Below, piece after piece: positions 36,119 through 46,760 of a stretch of DNA of 64,000 bases; the first letter of the stretch is position 1; every line of letters starts with the position of its first letter. The translations under genes and the position numbers were made by a program. Source of the stretch: Squalus acanthias (lineage: Eukaryota); NCBI GenBank assembly GCA_030390025.1, contig CM059432.1, forward strand, positions 143,966,001 to 144,030,000, read 5' to 3'. Below the pieces are notes generated by a model that had not been told where the DNA came from, did no database searches, and saw only the letters and a list, made by a program, of their open reading frames with translations.

Positions 36119-39100
36119 ACAGGGCCGCGTGTGTCTGTGTTAATATACAGGGTTGTGCGTGTGTGTGTGTGTATACAGGGTTGTGCGCGTGTGTGTGTAT
36201 ATACAGGGTTGTGCGTGTGTGTGTGTATATACAGGGTTGTGCGCGTGTGTGTGTGTGTGTGTGTATACAGGGTTGTGCGCGTGTGTGTGTGTGTGTATAC
36301 AGGGTTGTGCGCGTGTGTGTGTGTGTGTGTNNNNNNNNNNNNNNNNNNNNNNNNNNNNNNNNNNNNNNNNNNNNNNNNNNNNNNNNNNNNNNNNNNNNNN
36401 NNNNNNNNNNNNNNNNNNNNNNNNNNNNNNNNNNNNNNNNNNNNNNNNNNNNNNNNNNNNNNNNNNNNNNNNNNNNNNNNNNNNNNNNNNNNNNNNNNNN
36501 NNNNNNNNNNNNNNNNNNNNNNNNNNNNNNNNNNNNNNNNNNNNNNNNNNNNNNNNNNNNNNNNNNNNNNNNNNNNNNNNNNNNNNNNNNNNNNNNNNNN
36601 NNNNNNNNNNNNNNNNNNNNNNNNNNNNNNNNNNNNNNNNNNNNNNNNNNNNNNNNNNNNNNNNNNNNNNNNNNNNNNNNNNNNNNNNNNNNNNNNNNNN
36701 NNNNNNNNNNNNNNNNNNNNNNNNNNNNNNNNNNNNNNNNNNNNNNNNNNNNNNNNNNNNNNNNNNNNNNNNNNNNNNNNNNNNNNNNNNNNNNNNNNNN
36801 NNNNNNNNNNNNNNNNNNNNNNNNNNNNNNGTGTGTAGGGGTGTGTGTGTGTGTATGTATACAGGGCTGTTTTTGTCAAACTGTTTCATGATGTTGGAAA
36901 TCTCACCTGATCTTTCTACTAGATGGTCTGGTGATGGGGGAACCCGCACACCGGTTCACCAATGCTGCAGTTGCACGACTACTTTCACCTGGGTGTGTAG
37001 CCCAGTGAAAGTGACCTGGGGCGGGGGAGCCGAGCACTGATCCAACGGGAAAGGATGTTTTAACCCGCTTTAACGCTTCAGTCGGCGTGTGACAGGGACT
37101 TCGCCAAAGGACGTCATTAGATGGGGTATTGTAGCAGGAAATGAAACCCTTCCCCATAAGCCGGAGATTCAGACCCTACCTGCACATCCCAGACTGCAGT
37201 TGGGGTCAAAAATTCCCAGTAATAAGTGGAGTTAACAACTCCCATTGAACACTTGCTTACAGACCTTTTGTTAAGGAATTGACATACCGATTTGCTATTT
37301 GGAAGTATGACCAGTTAAAACTCATGTTTCAATGATAAGTCTTTCCTTATACTTCAATTACAACAATCCTGGTAACCCAGTGAGGTCAGAAAGTCAAAAG
37401 GCTTGAAACACTGGGAAGTAAAGATGGGATTTGGAGGAGCCAGTGTAAATCTCTTTTCCAAACCCCAACCAAACTTAGCTCTCAGTTCCTTTTGTGGAGG
37501 ATGAAGGTGCCATAAAGCAAAGGGTTGAGGCCAACTGGAGCAGGTACTCGCCCACTGCATGGACATCCCCTCAGGAGCGGTATAACTCAAGTCCAGTGCC
37601 CAAAGTTACACATTTTAACATACTGAAAAATAAGTTTCAAGTTCTTATAAACGTCATTGCTTTTTAATATTAACTGAACGGGTCATCACTATTCCTGTCG
37701 ATAACGGGGCTGCGATTTGTTGGGCAGGGGTATCAAGGGGTATGGAGCAAAGGCGGGTAAATAGAGTTGAGGTGCAGATCAGCCATCATCTAACTGAATG
37801 GTGGAACAGGCTCGAGGGGCTGAATGGCTTCCTAATGTTGTGTGTGTTCCTGCAAGCACAGGGAGGGCAGAGCTCCCTCTGGCTGGGGGAAATGTGATGT
37901 GCAGTATAGCTGCGGTCTGTGACCCGAGTGTCACACCATACAGAGAGGGACTGAGATCTGCAGCATACTGGCAGCCCTGGCAAGAAAGTTCCTCTGCAGC
38001 CGACCTATAAACTATTTTAGTCTGCGTGGAGACCAGAGCAGCACATACAAGCTGCCCATTAGTTCACGGGTCTCGGAGTGACTTTAATTTCACACCGCCT
38101 CACTTTAACTGCACACAGACAGATACCCGAGGAGGTGCCTCTAATGTTCCACAAATTGCACAACTCTCTCGGCTGCTGCGCACTTTCAGCAAGGCAGTTT
38201 TGTTTGGAGAGTGTTAATGAAACGATTCAATCTGCTCCATGTACCTGGATATAAACTCGCTCACACTGTCAGGGAGTTCTTCGGATTCGACATTGCCGCA
38301 TTAGAGCTCAGTGTGTCGGGGTTAGAATGTAAACAAGCAGGCGGATATTAAAAAGAGTAAATGTGCAAGGAAATTTAAAAACCCCGGGGTAAATTCCATT
38401 CCTTAAAGCAGGTTTTTTTGTTGTTGCATTTTTAACAACCGCGCTATTTACATCTTAATCTTATCGAACTGAGAAAAACGAGCCTTACTCCTGAAAACAG
38501 TACCTCTCCATGTCAGTCAACCGGGAGGAATCCCGGAATCCTTTAGCGAAAGGATTGCTGTCGATTTTTAGTTTGGTGATCTGGAGAGAGAGAGAAACAT
38601 TGAGAATAACAAAAAAAAATCCTGCGGGTGCTGGAAATCTGAAGCCTCTTTCTATAGAAACACCCGCGCGCAGAATAGGACAATGGGCTACACTTTGTAA
38701 CTGGTGGGATTTCTCAGTCAAGAGCCAGATTGTACACCCGGGGGGTCCGGGAGTGCAGTGGCTCTGTTACTGGACTAATCATTTCCAGAGAACCGGAGTG
38801 CAAATCTCATCAGGGCAGTGCGTGAATTTGAAATCAGTTGGAGAAATCCTGCGGTTCAGAGAGAGAAGGTTCCGCTGCAGCTTCTCACGGGGCGACTAGG
38901 GATGGGCAATAAACGCGGGACTTCATCTCCAATTTCAGCTGGCATCCCGAGAATGAATAAGAACAAGGATGCCGGCTGAAATTGGAGCTGTGCCCTTGCT
39001 CGCATCACCCTCTAGCCGTTCACCTGTCACCTGCCCTGTCGCCGTTTCTCCGGCGATGTGTTTTGACGGTCCCGGGGTTGCTGTGAAATTGACAAGCCGG

Positions 39101-42100
39101 CTGTCCGGGGCTGGCTCCAGGTCCCATTCCGGTGAAACTGACCCGAGGCACCAGCCACTCCCGGGATTGGCCTCCACCCCGCCGTTAATATCGCCGGAAA
39201 TTAATGGAAATGGCTCAATATTCACCCCCCGTTAAATTAAATATAAATGACAAGTTCTAAACACAACAAATGACAGCCTTAACGGGCGAAAGGGAACGGC
39301 GAGGGTTAGAATATTTTCAATGAATCAGTGAATGTGACTTAAAATCACTCAAACTCCGGAGTCCCGTCCAGGGGCCACTTATTATTTGGATAAGACGCAT
39401 TTATGTGAACAAAATCTGGTTAAAAAAAAAACCAGGCGCATCTTCAGTGATCTGCTGAACCCTCCGTTAATTGCGCCAGTCTCTTACGATTTGCAGAGTG
39501 TCGGATAATCAGATCTCGCAATTCGGTTGCAGATTTGCCCCTGTTGTCGCTGGCCATCTGTTGAAATAAATTGCTGGGACTCACCAGTTGGTTCTGGTAG
39601 GCGGTGACCGCAGTGAAAACTGTCTCTGGGAAGATGAAGGTTCGGAACTCCTCAGACTTCAGGTTCACCAGAGAAGCGGTGTGATCTTTCTTTTTTATGA
39701 TGTGCACTCGGGGCTGGTACTTGTGCATAGAGTTTAGAATTATCTGTGGAATTAATTCATCACAATTACACCCCGGGCGCCAATGTTTCCCGAACTACAT
39801 TGACAGTGTTCCCAAACACTTCCACTAAACTGCGCCAGGTCTCTGAACTCAATGGTCTACAGGCTTACACCATATGTTTTGCAGCTATCGATAATGCGGG
39901 GATTTCATGGGGAAAAGAATGGGATCGGGCATTGCGATCTCCAAACCGCCGGGAAAATCCCTATACTCTCATGTAATAAAAAGAGAATTTGATTTATCAA
40001 ACACCAATAAACCATTGGTCCCGCTAATACATTTATCTGTGTATAGTCTGACTGACATTGGTGCTGTTACAGTTTACCGCTACCCGTTTAAGGGGCCATT
40101 AATTTCAGTTTATCACCTTTAAATGAGGGAAATCCATTCGTTTCCGATTTACACCGAACGTATCTTTAGACAGGGTAACCTATATATAACACACCTGTAC
40201 TTTACACACATTAATCTGTATATAACACACCTGTACTTTACACAGGGTAACCCGTATATAACACCTGTACTTTACACAGATTAATCTGTATATAACACAC
40301 CTGTACTTTACACAGATTATCCTGGATCTAACACACCTGTATTTACAGAGGTTAAACTGTATATAACACACCTGTACTTTATAGATTAACCTGTATATAA
40401 CACACCTGTACTTTATGCAGATTAACCTGTATATAACACACCTGTACTTTACAAAGATTATCCTTTATATAACACACCTGTACTTTGCACAAAGTATCCT
40501 GTATATAACACACCTGTACTTTACAAAGATTATCCTTTATATAACACACCTGTACTTTGCACAAAGTATCCTGTATATAACACACCTATACATTACACTG
40601 ATTAACCTGTATATAACACACCTATACTTTACACAAAGTATCCTGTATATAACACACCTGTACTTTACACAGATTAACCTGTATATAACACACCTGTACT
40701 TTACACAGATTAACCTGTATATAACACACCTGTACTTTACACAGATTAACCTGTATATAACACACCTGTACTTTACACATGGTAACCTGTATATAACACA
40801 CCTGTACCTTACAACAGTTAAACTGTATCTAACACACCAGTACTTTACACACATGATCCTGTAAAGAATACACCTGTACTTTACACAGATTATCCTGAAT
40901 CGAACACACTTGTACTTTACACAGAGTAACCTGTATATAACACACCTGTACTTTAGTGAGTAACCTATATTTAATACACCAGTACTTTAGAAATTAACCA
41001 GTATATAACACACCTGCACTTTACACAGGGTAACCTGTATATAACACACCTGTACTTTATACAGATTATCCTGAATCTAACACACCTGTACTTTACACAG
41101 GGTAACCTGTATTCAACACACCTGTACTTTACAACAGGTAAACTGTATCTAACACACCAGTACTTTACACAGATCATGTATATAACACACTTCTACTTTA
41201 CACAGATTAACCTGTATATAACACACCATTACTTTACACAGATTATCCTCAATCGAACACACCTGTACTTTACACAGATTATCCTGAATCTAACACACCT
41301 GTGCTTTACACCGATTATCCTGAATCTAACAGACCTGTACTTTATACAGAGCTCAGTGTCACAGCATGAGTGATAGGATAGGGGGCGCAGTCATTCAAAT
41401 AAATTCACCTCGGGTGAAATCAAACAACATGAACAAAAGTAGAGATAATTGTAAGTCGCGGGTACATTTTAACTGAACTATTGATGGTTCTATGTAAATA
41501 TTAACTGTCAATGTGGGCTCATTATTGAATAAAATATTCACCTGGCTCAGGTATTCTAAAGTAAACTAAGAACTTGCAAATAAATAAATTACGGGGAGTG
41601 AGTGTGAATTGTAGTTTGATCGGTTCGAGTTGGGAGTCAGATACCTTCTGATCTGGGAGAGGAAGCGATTGGAGAGTCGGTGCTTCCGATTTATTGGAAC
41701 AGTATCTGTAAATTTAAATGCGGTTCTGGCGCCGCACGGGGACCGCAATCTCTCCGCGCAGTTTGCGGTTTGGATCTATTTGGCGCTCAGACTGAACCCG
41801 AGTTCCCAAAGTTTAAAATTAATGAGACACAAGGTGGAAATCAGAGCCCCTGCTCTGGAATATTGTCCCGGGAAAGAAGACAACACTCCCAAATAATCTC
41901 ATGGACAGAGTTCCGATTTTGTAACGACTCCCACTGACACCTGGGTTATTTTCCTTTACTATATTCAGGTCGGCTTTGCACGGTTCGTTGTCAGCATTTG
42001 TTTGAAAGGTGCAGATTTTTAAATGTTGGTACTTAGACATGCGCGGGCCTTTAACTCTTTGGTTCTGCCGGCTAAGATCCGTTTGAGATGAGATTAAGCG

Positions 42101-45100
42101 AATAAAATCCAGCTACAACTCACGTGGCCGTGCTGGTCCAGCTCGTTGTTGGTGAGTTTCACTTTTTCGAAGGAGACCATTTGTTTCAGAAGCTGCTCCC
42201 CCGTGAACGGGCAGTCGGGGTGCACGTAAAGTCTGGAAAATCAAGAGAAGGACAGAGTGAGATCAGGGCACCGTGAGATCAGGGCAGAGGGCGGTCAGGG
42301 CAGAGGGAGATCAGGGCAGAGGGCGATCAGGGCAGAGGGCGATCAGGGCAGAGGGAGGTCAGGGCAGAGGGCGGTCAGGGCAGAGGGCGGTCAGGGCAGA
42401 GGGAGATCAGGGCAGAGAGCGATCAGGGCAGAGGGAGATCAGGGCAGAGGGAGATCAGGGCAGAGGGAGATCAGGGCAGAGGGAGATCAGGGCACCGGGT
42501 GATCAGGGCACCGTGAGATCAGGGCAGAGGGCGATCAGGGCAGAGGGCAGTCAGGGCACCGCGAGATCAGGGCAGAGGGCGATCAGGGCAGAGGGCGATC
42601 AGGGCAGAGGGCGATCAGGGCAGAGGGCGATCAGGGCAGAGGGCGATCAGGGCACCGCGAGGTCAGGGCACCGCGAGGTCAGGGCAGAGGGAGATCAGGG
42701 CAGAGGGCGGTCAGGGCAGAGGGCGGTCAGGGCAGAGGGCGGTCAGGGCAGAGGGCGGTCAGGGCAGAGGGCGATCAGGGCAGAGGGCGATCAGGGCACC
42801 GCGAGGTCAGGGCAGAGGGAGATCAGGGCAGAAGGAGATCAGGGCAGAGGGAGATATGTGTGATTGAACAGCCGAAACCTGAGTCTGTTAGAACCGTTCC
42901 CACTGCAACTCCACTTCACAGCGCTCACCGGGTCTTCTTAGTTTAGTAAAATTAAAACTACAATCAAAAATCTCAACAGTGTGTTAGTTCTAATCTAGGA
43001 TTTCACAAGGAGCCCACTCTGCCATGTCCTTGATGCCCCGGTAGTGTTTCTCCCGTTATTCTGCAGCAACGTGGCTCATTGAGAATCCAGATGTGGATAG
43101 TTGTGTTTCTGTTTAGTAAATTTAAAAGAAATAAATCGCAGACCCAGTCATTGTGTGTGTGATCTCGATACTTATATTCGCACGGTGTTTGAATGTGAAC
43201 TTTAACCTTGTGTGCGTTTGTTGGTAAAATGGTGAGATGGAAAGTAGAAATGTGAGAGTGTTTTTGATCTTTGAGGGCTTTACTCTGGTCGCTGAATGGT
43301 GGGAGATGTTCGTTAAGGAAATAAACATGTGCAGTGCATTTACCTGTATTGTGAGTAAGGAGTTTTCTACTAAAGTTAGTGTATATGGATCAAACAGCTT
43401 ATGGCTAGTGGGCGATTTCCATTGGACCAGACCGATCTACAGAAACCGGGACTCGAGGTTGATAACTCCGCGAGCAAATACGGTCTAGAGAACAGTGTGA
43501 ATATAGAAACATCAAGGGCTGTGAGGGAGCGATTCCAACATAATGAATAAAGTCAATGGCCACACCTTGCGGGAAGGGGCGGGTCTGCTTTCCCAGCTAC
43601 CAGCCAGGAGGAGCGGTGATAGGCATAGCGATATCTCTTATTGTCCACCGGCACTATGTCCATCAGCACGATATACTTCGCTTCAGGGTCCACCCCAGAC
43701 AGCGAGACTCGGATAGTAGGGAACATTCTCCTGAAACAGGACAAAAGGAAGAAAACAAGGCCTTTAAACTCAACCATTTCCCCCCCCCCCCCCCCACACC
43801 CCCCCCAACAAACTCCCACAAACTTGTCCCAAAAATCAGGACATGCTGGGAACACTCAGCAGGCCAGACACAGCAGAGAAATGGCAAGTTACAACTGTCA
43901 CTTCAGTCGATGCATTATATTCACCCCCGAAATTAGTAACTGTAACAGAGAATTAACAAAAACAGGGACCTCCCGCCCTCCAATAAGGTTCAGGATTGAA
44001 GGTCATTATTCTGCCCAGTTACAAGTTTGGAGGATTGTAGAGGCGAAGGTGGGAGTCTGCAAACATCACAGGTGAGCCGGAGAACCGCAACCCACGGCAC
44101 CGGCTGGCATGCTGTGTATTCGCAGCGTTTTCCGGTTTTATTTCATGTTTTCCAGCGTTTTCTGCTGGAACGAGGCCATTCGCGCCTGTGCCGGCTCTTT
44201 GAAAGAGTTCTCCAATCAGTCCCACTCCTCCTGCTCTATCCCCACAGCCCTGCATTTTTTTTTCCTTTTCAAGTATTTATCCAATTCCCTTTTAAAAGTT
44301 ACTGTTGAATCTACTTCCACCGCCCTTACAGGCAGTGCATTCCAGATCACAACATGTATTTCAGATTCCCAGCGCTTTTTGTATTTTATGAATGTTGCAA
44401 CCGATCTGAAATCATTCAGATGCAGCGAAACATTTATAAACACTTTTTGAAATAGAATCGGATGTAACAGAATGGATTTTACATGCGACCCAATAGCAAT
44501 ATAATTATTCTGTAACAATTACCCTTTTAACAGAATTGCGACGTCTATATAATATAAACAAGGATTGTATAATTATGATTGTAAAATATTACAACACTAA
44601 TTATTTCGTTTAACAGAACCGCATTGAAAAAAAATAACGATTACTGCATTGAAAATAATTAGAATGTGAATCAACACAATTACTGACCTGCTCTTGTTCA
44701 TTCAGAAATTATCTTGAGTTTCCGATATTGTTCACAATGGTGTTACTAACTGCACAGAATTAAACTATTTTTTTGTCCGTGTCACGGGGGTTCTGGCCTT
44801 ACACAGAACACTATCACCGTGAAAATAGAAGCTCTTGTACAACAGCGACAGATAGCATCTAATTCAGCCGCTTACGTATTTACACTTCGACAAGTTGTAC
44901 TATTTAAAACGCGGTAAGGGGGAGAACAGGTCGCCGAATCACATTGTGCAAATCTAGTGTCCCATCCCCAGCTCACTAACTGAGCATTGCTTCATTGCAA
45001 AACAAATCCCATTTCGTCTCGCTCATCATAGAAGATCCGATTGGGAATCGGTGGGATTAGGAGTGACTCGGTGCCCGTTCATCTTTAGTTGAAAAGACCG

Positions 45101-46245
45101 AGCGACGAGTTCCTTAGTCCCTGGACAGTGGTGAGTGATGAAAGATAAAGCGAAACAGCAGAAAGAAACGAAATGACCGACAGTTAACAGCTCAAACCCC
45201 TTTTCAACATAATTATCTCATCTCTCCAACACACGCCTTTCTTTAAAATGAATTCGGTGCCTAATCTCGATATGTAATTTGACCCACTTTCACCATCGGG
45301 TTCCGGTGACTTTTATCTAAATCGATTGTCAACAGGCCCCCAGATTGAAAGTAAAACGCAACAATTTTATTAAAACGAAATCTACGCCTTTAATAAGATC
45401 CCGATTGTGTCGCTGTCGAAATCAGAAGAATCTCTGTACCTGCCAGATTTGGTGATGATCATTTCGGTGCCCAGCTCGTGGAATTTGTCCCACAACTCTT
45501 TGGTTTCCAGGTTGCAGGTGATCTTGGCCATTTCCGCGCTGGGGACGGTCGGGGTGGTGGGGATGAGGGGCTCGGTACAGACCGGGGATGCGCTGCCGCT
45601 GTAATCTCCGAGCTCCAGGCTGCTCAGATCACCCAGGGGCTGAGAGCAGGAGGATTTCTCCACAAATTGTTCTGTTTCAAGGGGAGGAAAGAAAAGCGCG
45701 TGTACACGTTTGTCAATTATAACAGCACTTTTGACTTGTCAGTCGCACTGTGGCTGCAGACCCGAGTTCGGGTTTACGAACCTGTAATTAGACGTAAGAC
45801 TGCAGCAATCGGTTCAAAACTACTGAGCACTTTAGACCAACTTTATAATGTGCTTGCTTTTACTCTGCCTTCAATTAAATATGTTTATATATCCCGGACA
45901 AGCATCCTTCAAAACATTTTATAGAAGCAATATTTTCCTCAATAGATTCAGTCCAACTGCTCCAAATTAAAACACGTTTAACAGAGAGCCGGATTTAGCC
46001 TGTAAAGTTAGTCATTCCATTTCTCCAACATGCACCAATTTTAACCTGAGCCATCCCCAGGAAACATTCTCAGGTGAGCTGGGAGGCTGACATGGGCGCC
46101 TGGCTCCAAGGGTTGACTTACCAAGGGGTTTGATGGTGTTCTCTTGGGTTTCTTTCTCCTTGGAGTTTCCAGTTGACATGAGGGCGGCGATGGAGAAGGC
46201 ATTGGCCCGGGACGAGAGCTGTGGTTTGGGAGTGCTGTACTCCAT
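26113..46245 (-). CDS. TBX20: T-box transcription factor TBX20; spliced CDS join(46245-46122, 45671-45440, 43730-43566, 42232-42124, 39743-39585, 38580-38504, 31626-31514, 26453-26113); 439 aa
   Basis: All introns GT-AG and phases consistent (1320 nt total); N-terminal eh1 FSIAALM, T-box domain, and C-terminus [22 protein letters not shown] typical of TBX20. Confidence 0.97.
29612..29900 (-). mobile_element. Degenerate DeuSINE with internal deletion (intron 7)
   Basis: Similar to the other SINE copies at both head and tail. Confidence 0.6.
31070..31508 (+). mobile_element. DeuSINE, antisense to TBX20, abutting the exon 7 donor
   Basis: SINE body and tail ending tataaatgcaagactttctt; flanked by tgtac at 31065-31069 and 31509-31513. 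Confidence 0.85.
31514..31626 (-). CDS. TBX20: TBX20 coding exon 7 (not in the ORF track)
   Basis: [37 protein letters not shown]; acceptor ctgcag, donor gtacaa; 113 nt. Confidence 0.95.
32395..32612 (-). mobile_element. CR1 3' tail fragment
   Basis: Minus strand gatgggccgaatggcctccttct...attctatgattctatg; similar copy at ~44170-44352. Confidence 0.75.
32875..33797. repeat. Minisatellite of ~17-22-bp units (ccggagttatcccgtgtttacc / cctgttattccgtgtttaca), intron 6
   Basis: About 45 degenerate tandem units. Confidence 0.93.
34819..35624 (-). mobile_element. 5'-truncated LINE (same family as 10778-13470), intron 6
   Basis: [16 protein letters not shown]...[12 protein letters not shown], same 3' tail. 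Confidence 0.88.
35917..36870. repeat. (GT)n-based compound repeat containing a 500-N assembly gap (36331-36830)
   Basis: GT runs interspersed with atacagggttgtgc; N run. Confidence 0.95.
38504..38580 (-). CDS. TBX20: TBX20 coding exon 6
   Basis: [25 protein letters not shown](R); 77 nt. Confidence 0.95.
39585..39743 (-). CDS. TBX20: TBX20 coding exon 5
   Basis: [14 protein letters not shown]...[16 protein letters not shown]; 159 nt. Confidence 0.96.
40170..41348. repeat. AT-rich ~36-bp minisatellite (tgtatataacacacctgtactttacacagattaacc), intron 4
   Basis: About 30 tandem copies. Confidence 0.93.
42124..42232 (-). CDS. TBX20: TBX20 coding exon 4 (not in the ORF track)
   Basis: [36 protein letters not shown]; acceptor ttccag, donor gtgagt; 109 nt. 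Confidence 0.96.
42258..42855. repeat. 16-17-bp purine-rich minisatellite (gatcagggcagagggc/ga), intron 3
   Basis: About 36 tandem copies, ending ~25 nt from the exon 4 acceptor. Confidence 0.95.
43566..43730 (-). CDS. TBX20: TBX20 coding exon 3
   Basis: [54 protein letters not shown](R); 165 nt. Confidence 0.96.
45440..45671 (-). CDS. TBX20: TBX20 coding exon 2
   Basis: EQFVEKSSC...[23 protein letters not shown](R); 232 nt. Confidence 0.95.
46122..46245 (-). CDS. TBX20: TBX20 coding exon 1
   Basis: [24 protein letters not shown]...ENTIKPL; Kozak-like agcATGg; donor gtaagt. Confidence 0.95.
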
Positions 46246-46760
46246 GCTTGGAGCAGGACTCTGCCCCCAGAAGGGCCGGGACTCTTCCCAGAGCCCGCCT
46301 GGTGCTGGAGCCAGGACCCGCCGCCCTCACTCCTCCTGGCCTGGTCTTTGGGTAGAGGGAGGCTGAGCCGGGGAGGGGTCCGCAGTCACACCGGCAGGCA
46401 CGAGTTGCTCCCTCTCTGCCTCTGCCGATCGCTTCTCGACTGTTTCCAAATCGCCTCCCGCACCGTCAATTAATTTGGTGCCTCCCGCACCCCGTATCCC
46501 GAACCCTGGGGAGGGGAGGGGGGACGGCACGAGCCAATCAGCGGCCTTTGACGTCACTCACTCTCGCTTCCCTCCCGAAGAGGGGGACAGAGCGTCGTGC
46601 GCCTGCGCGGTGCCGGCCGGCCGGCTGCCCGCGGCGGGTCTGCGGTGGCAACGCGCATGCGTCGCGGTCTGTTCGAGGCACGCCGGGGATGCCGGCTGTG
46701 CGCAGGCGCCGCCGGAGCCTGCCTGCCTGCCTCAGACGATGCCTGTGTTGCTGTGATGGG
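46246..46760 (-). promoter_or_regulatory. CpG-island promoter / 5' UTR region of TBX20
   Basis: GC- and CpG-rich; CCAAT at 46534-46538, full CRE TGACGTCA at 46549-46556, GC-box-like ggggagggg, three NRF1-like sites (tgcgcctgcgc, gcgcatgcg, tgcgcaggcgc) at ~46598-46709. Confidence 0.7.

Noticed and set aside
35869..37040. ORFs with long X runs
   Set aside because: Artefact of the 500-N gap and GT repeats.
42257..42863. RG/RS-rich ORFs antisense to TBX20
   Set aside because: Translation of the 16-17-bp repeat; no support for coding.
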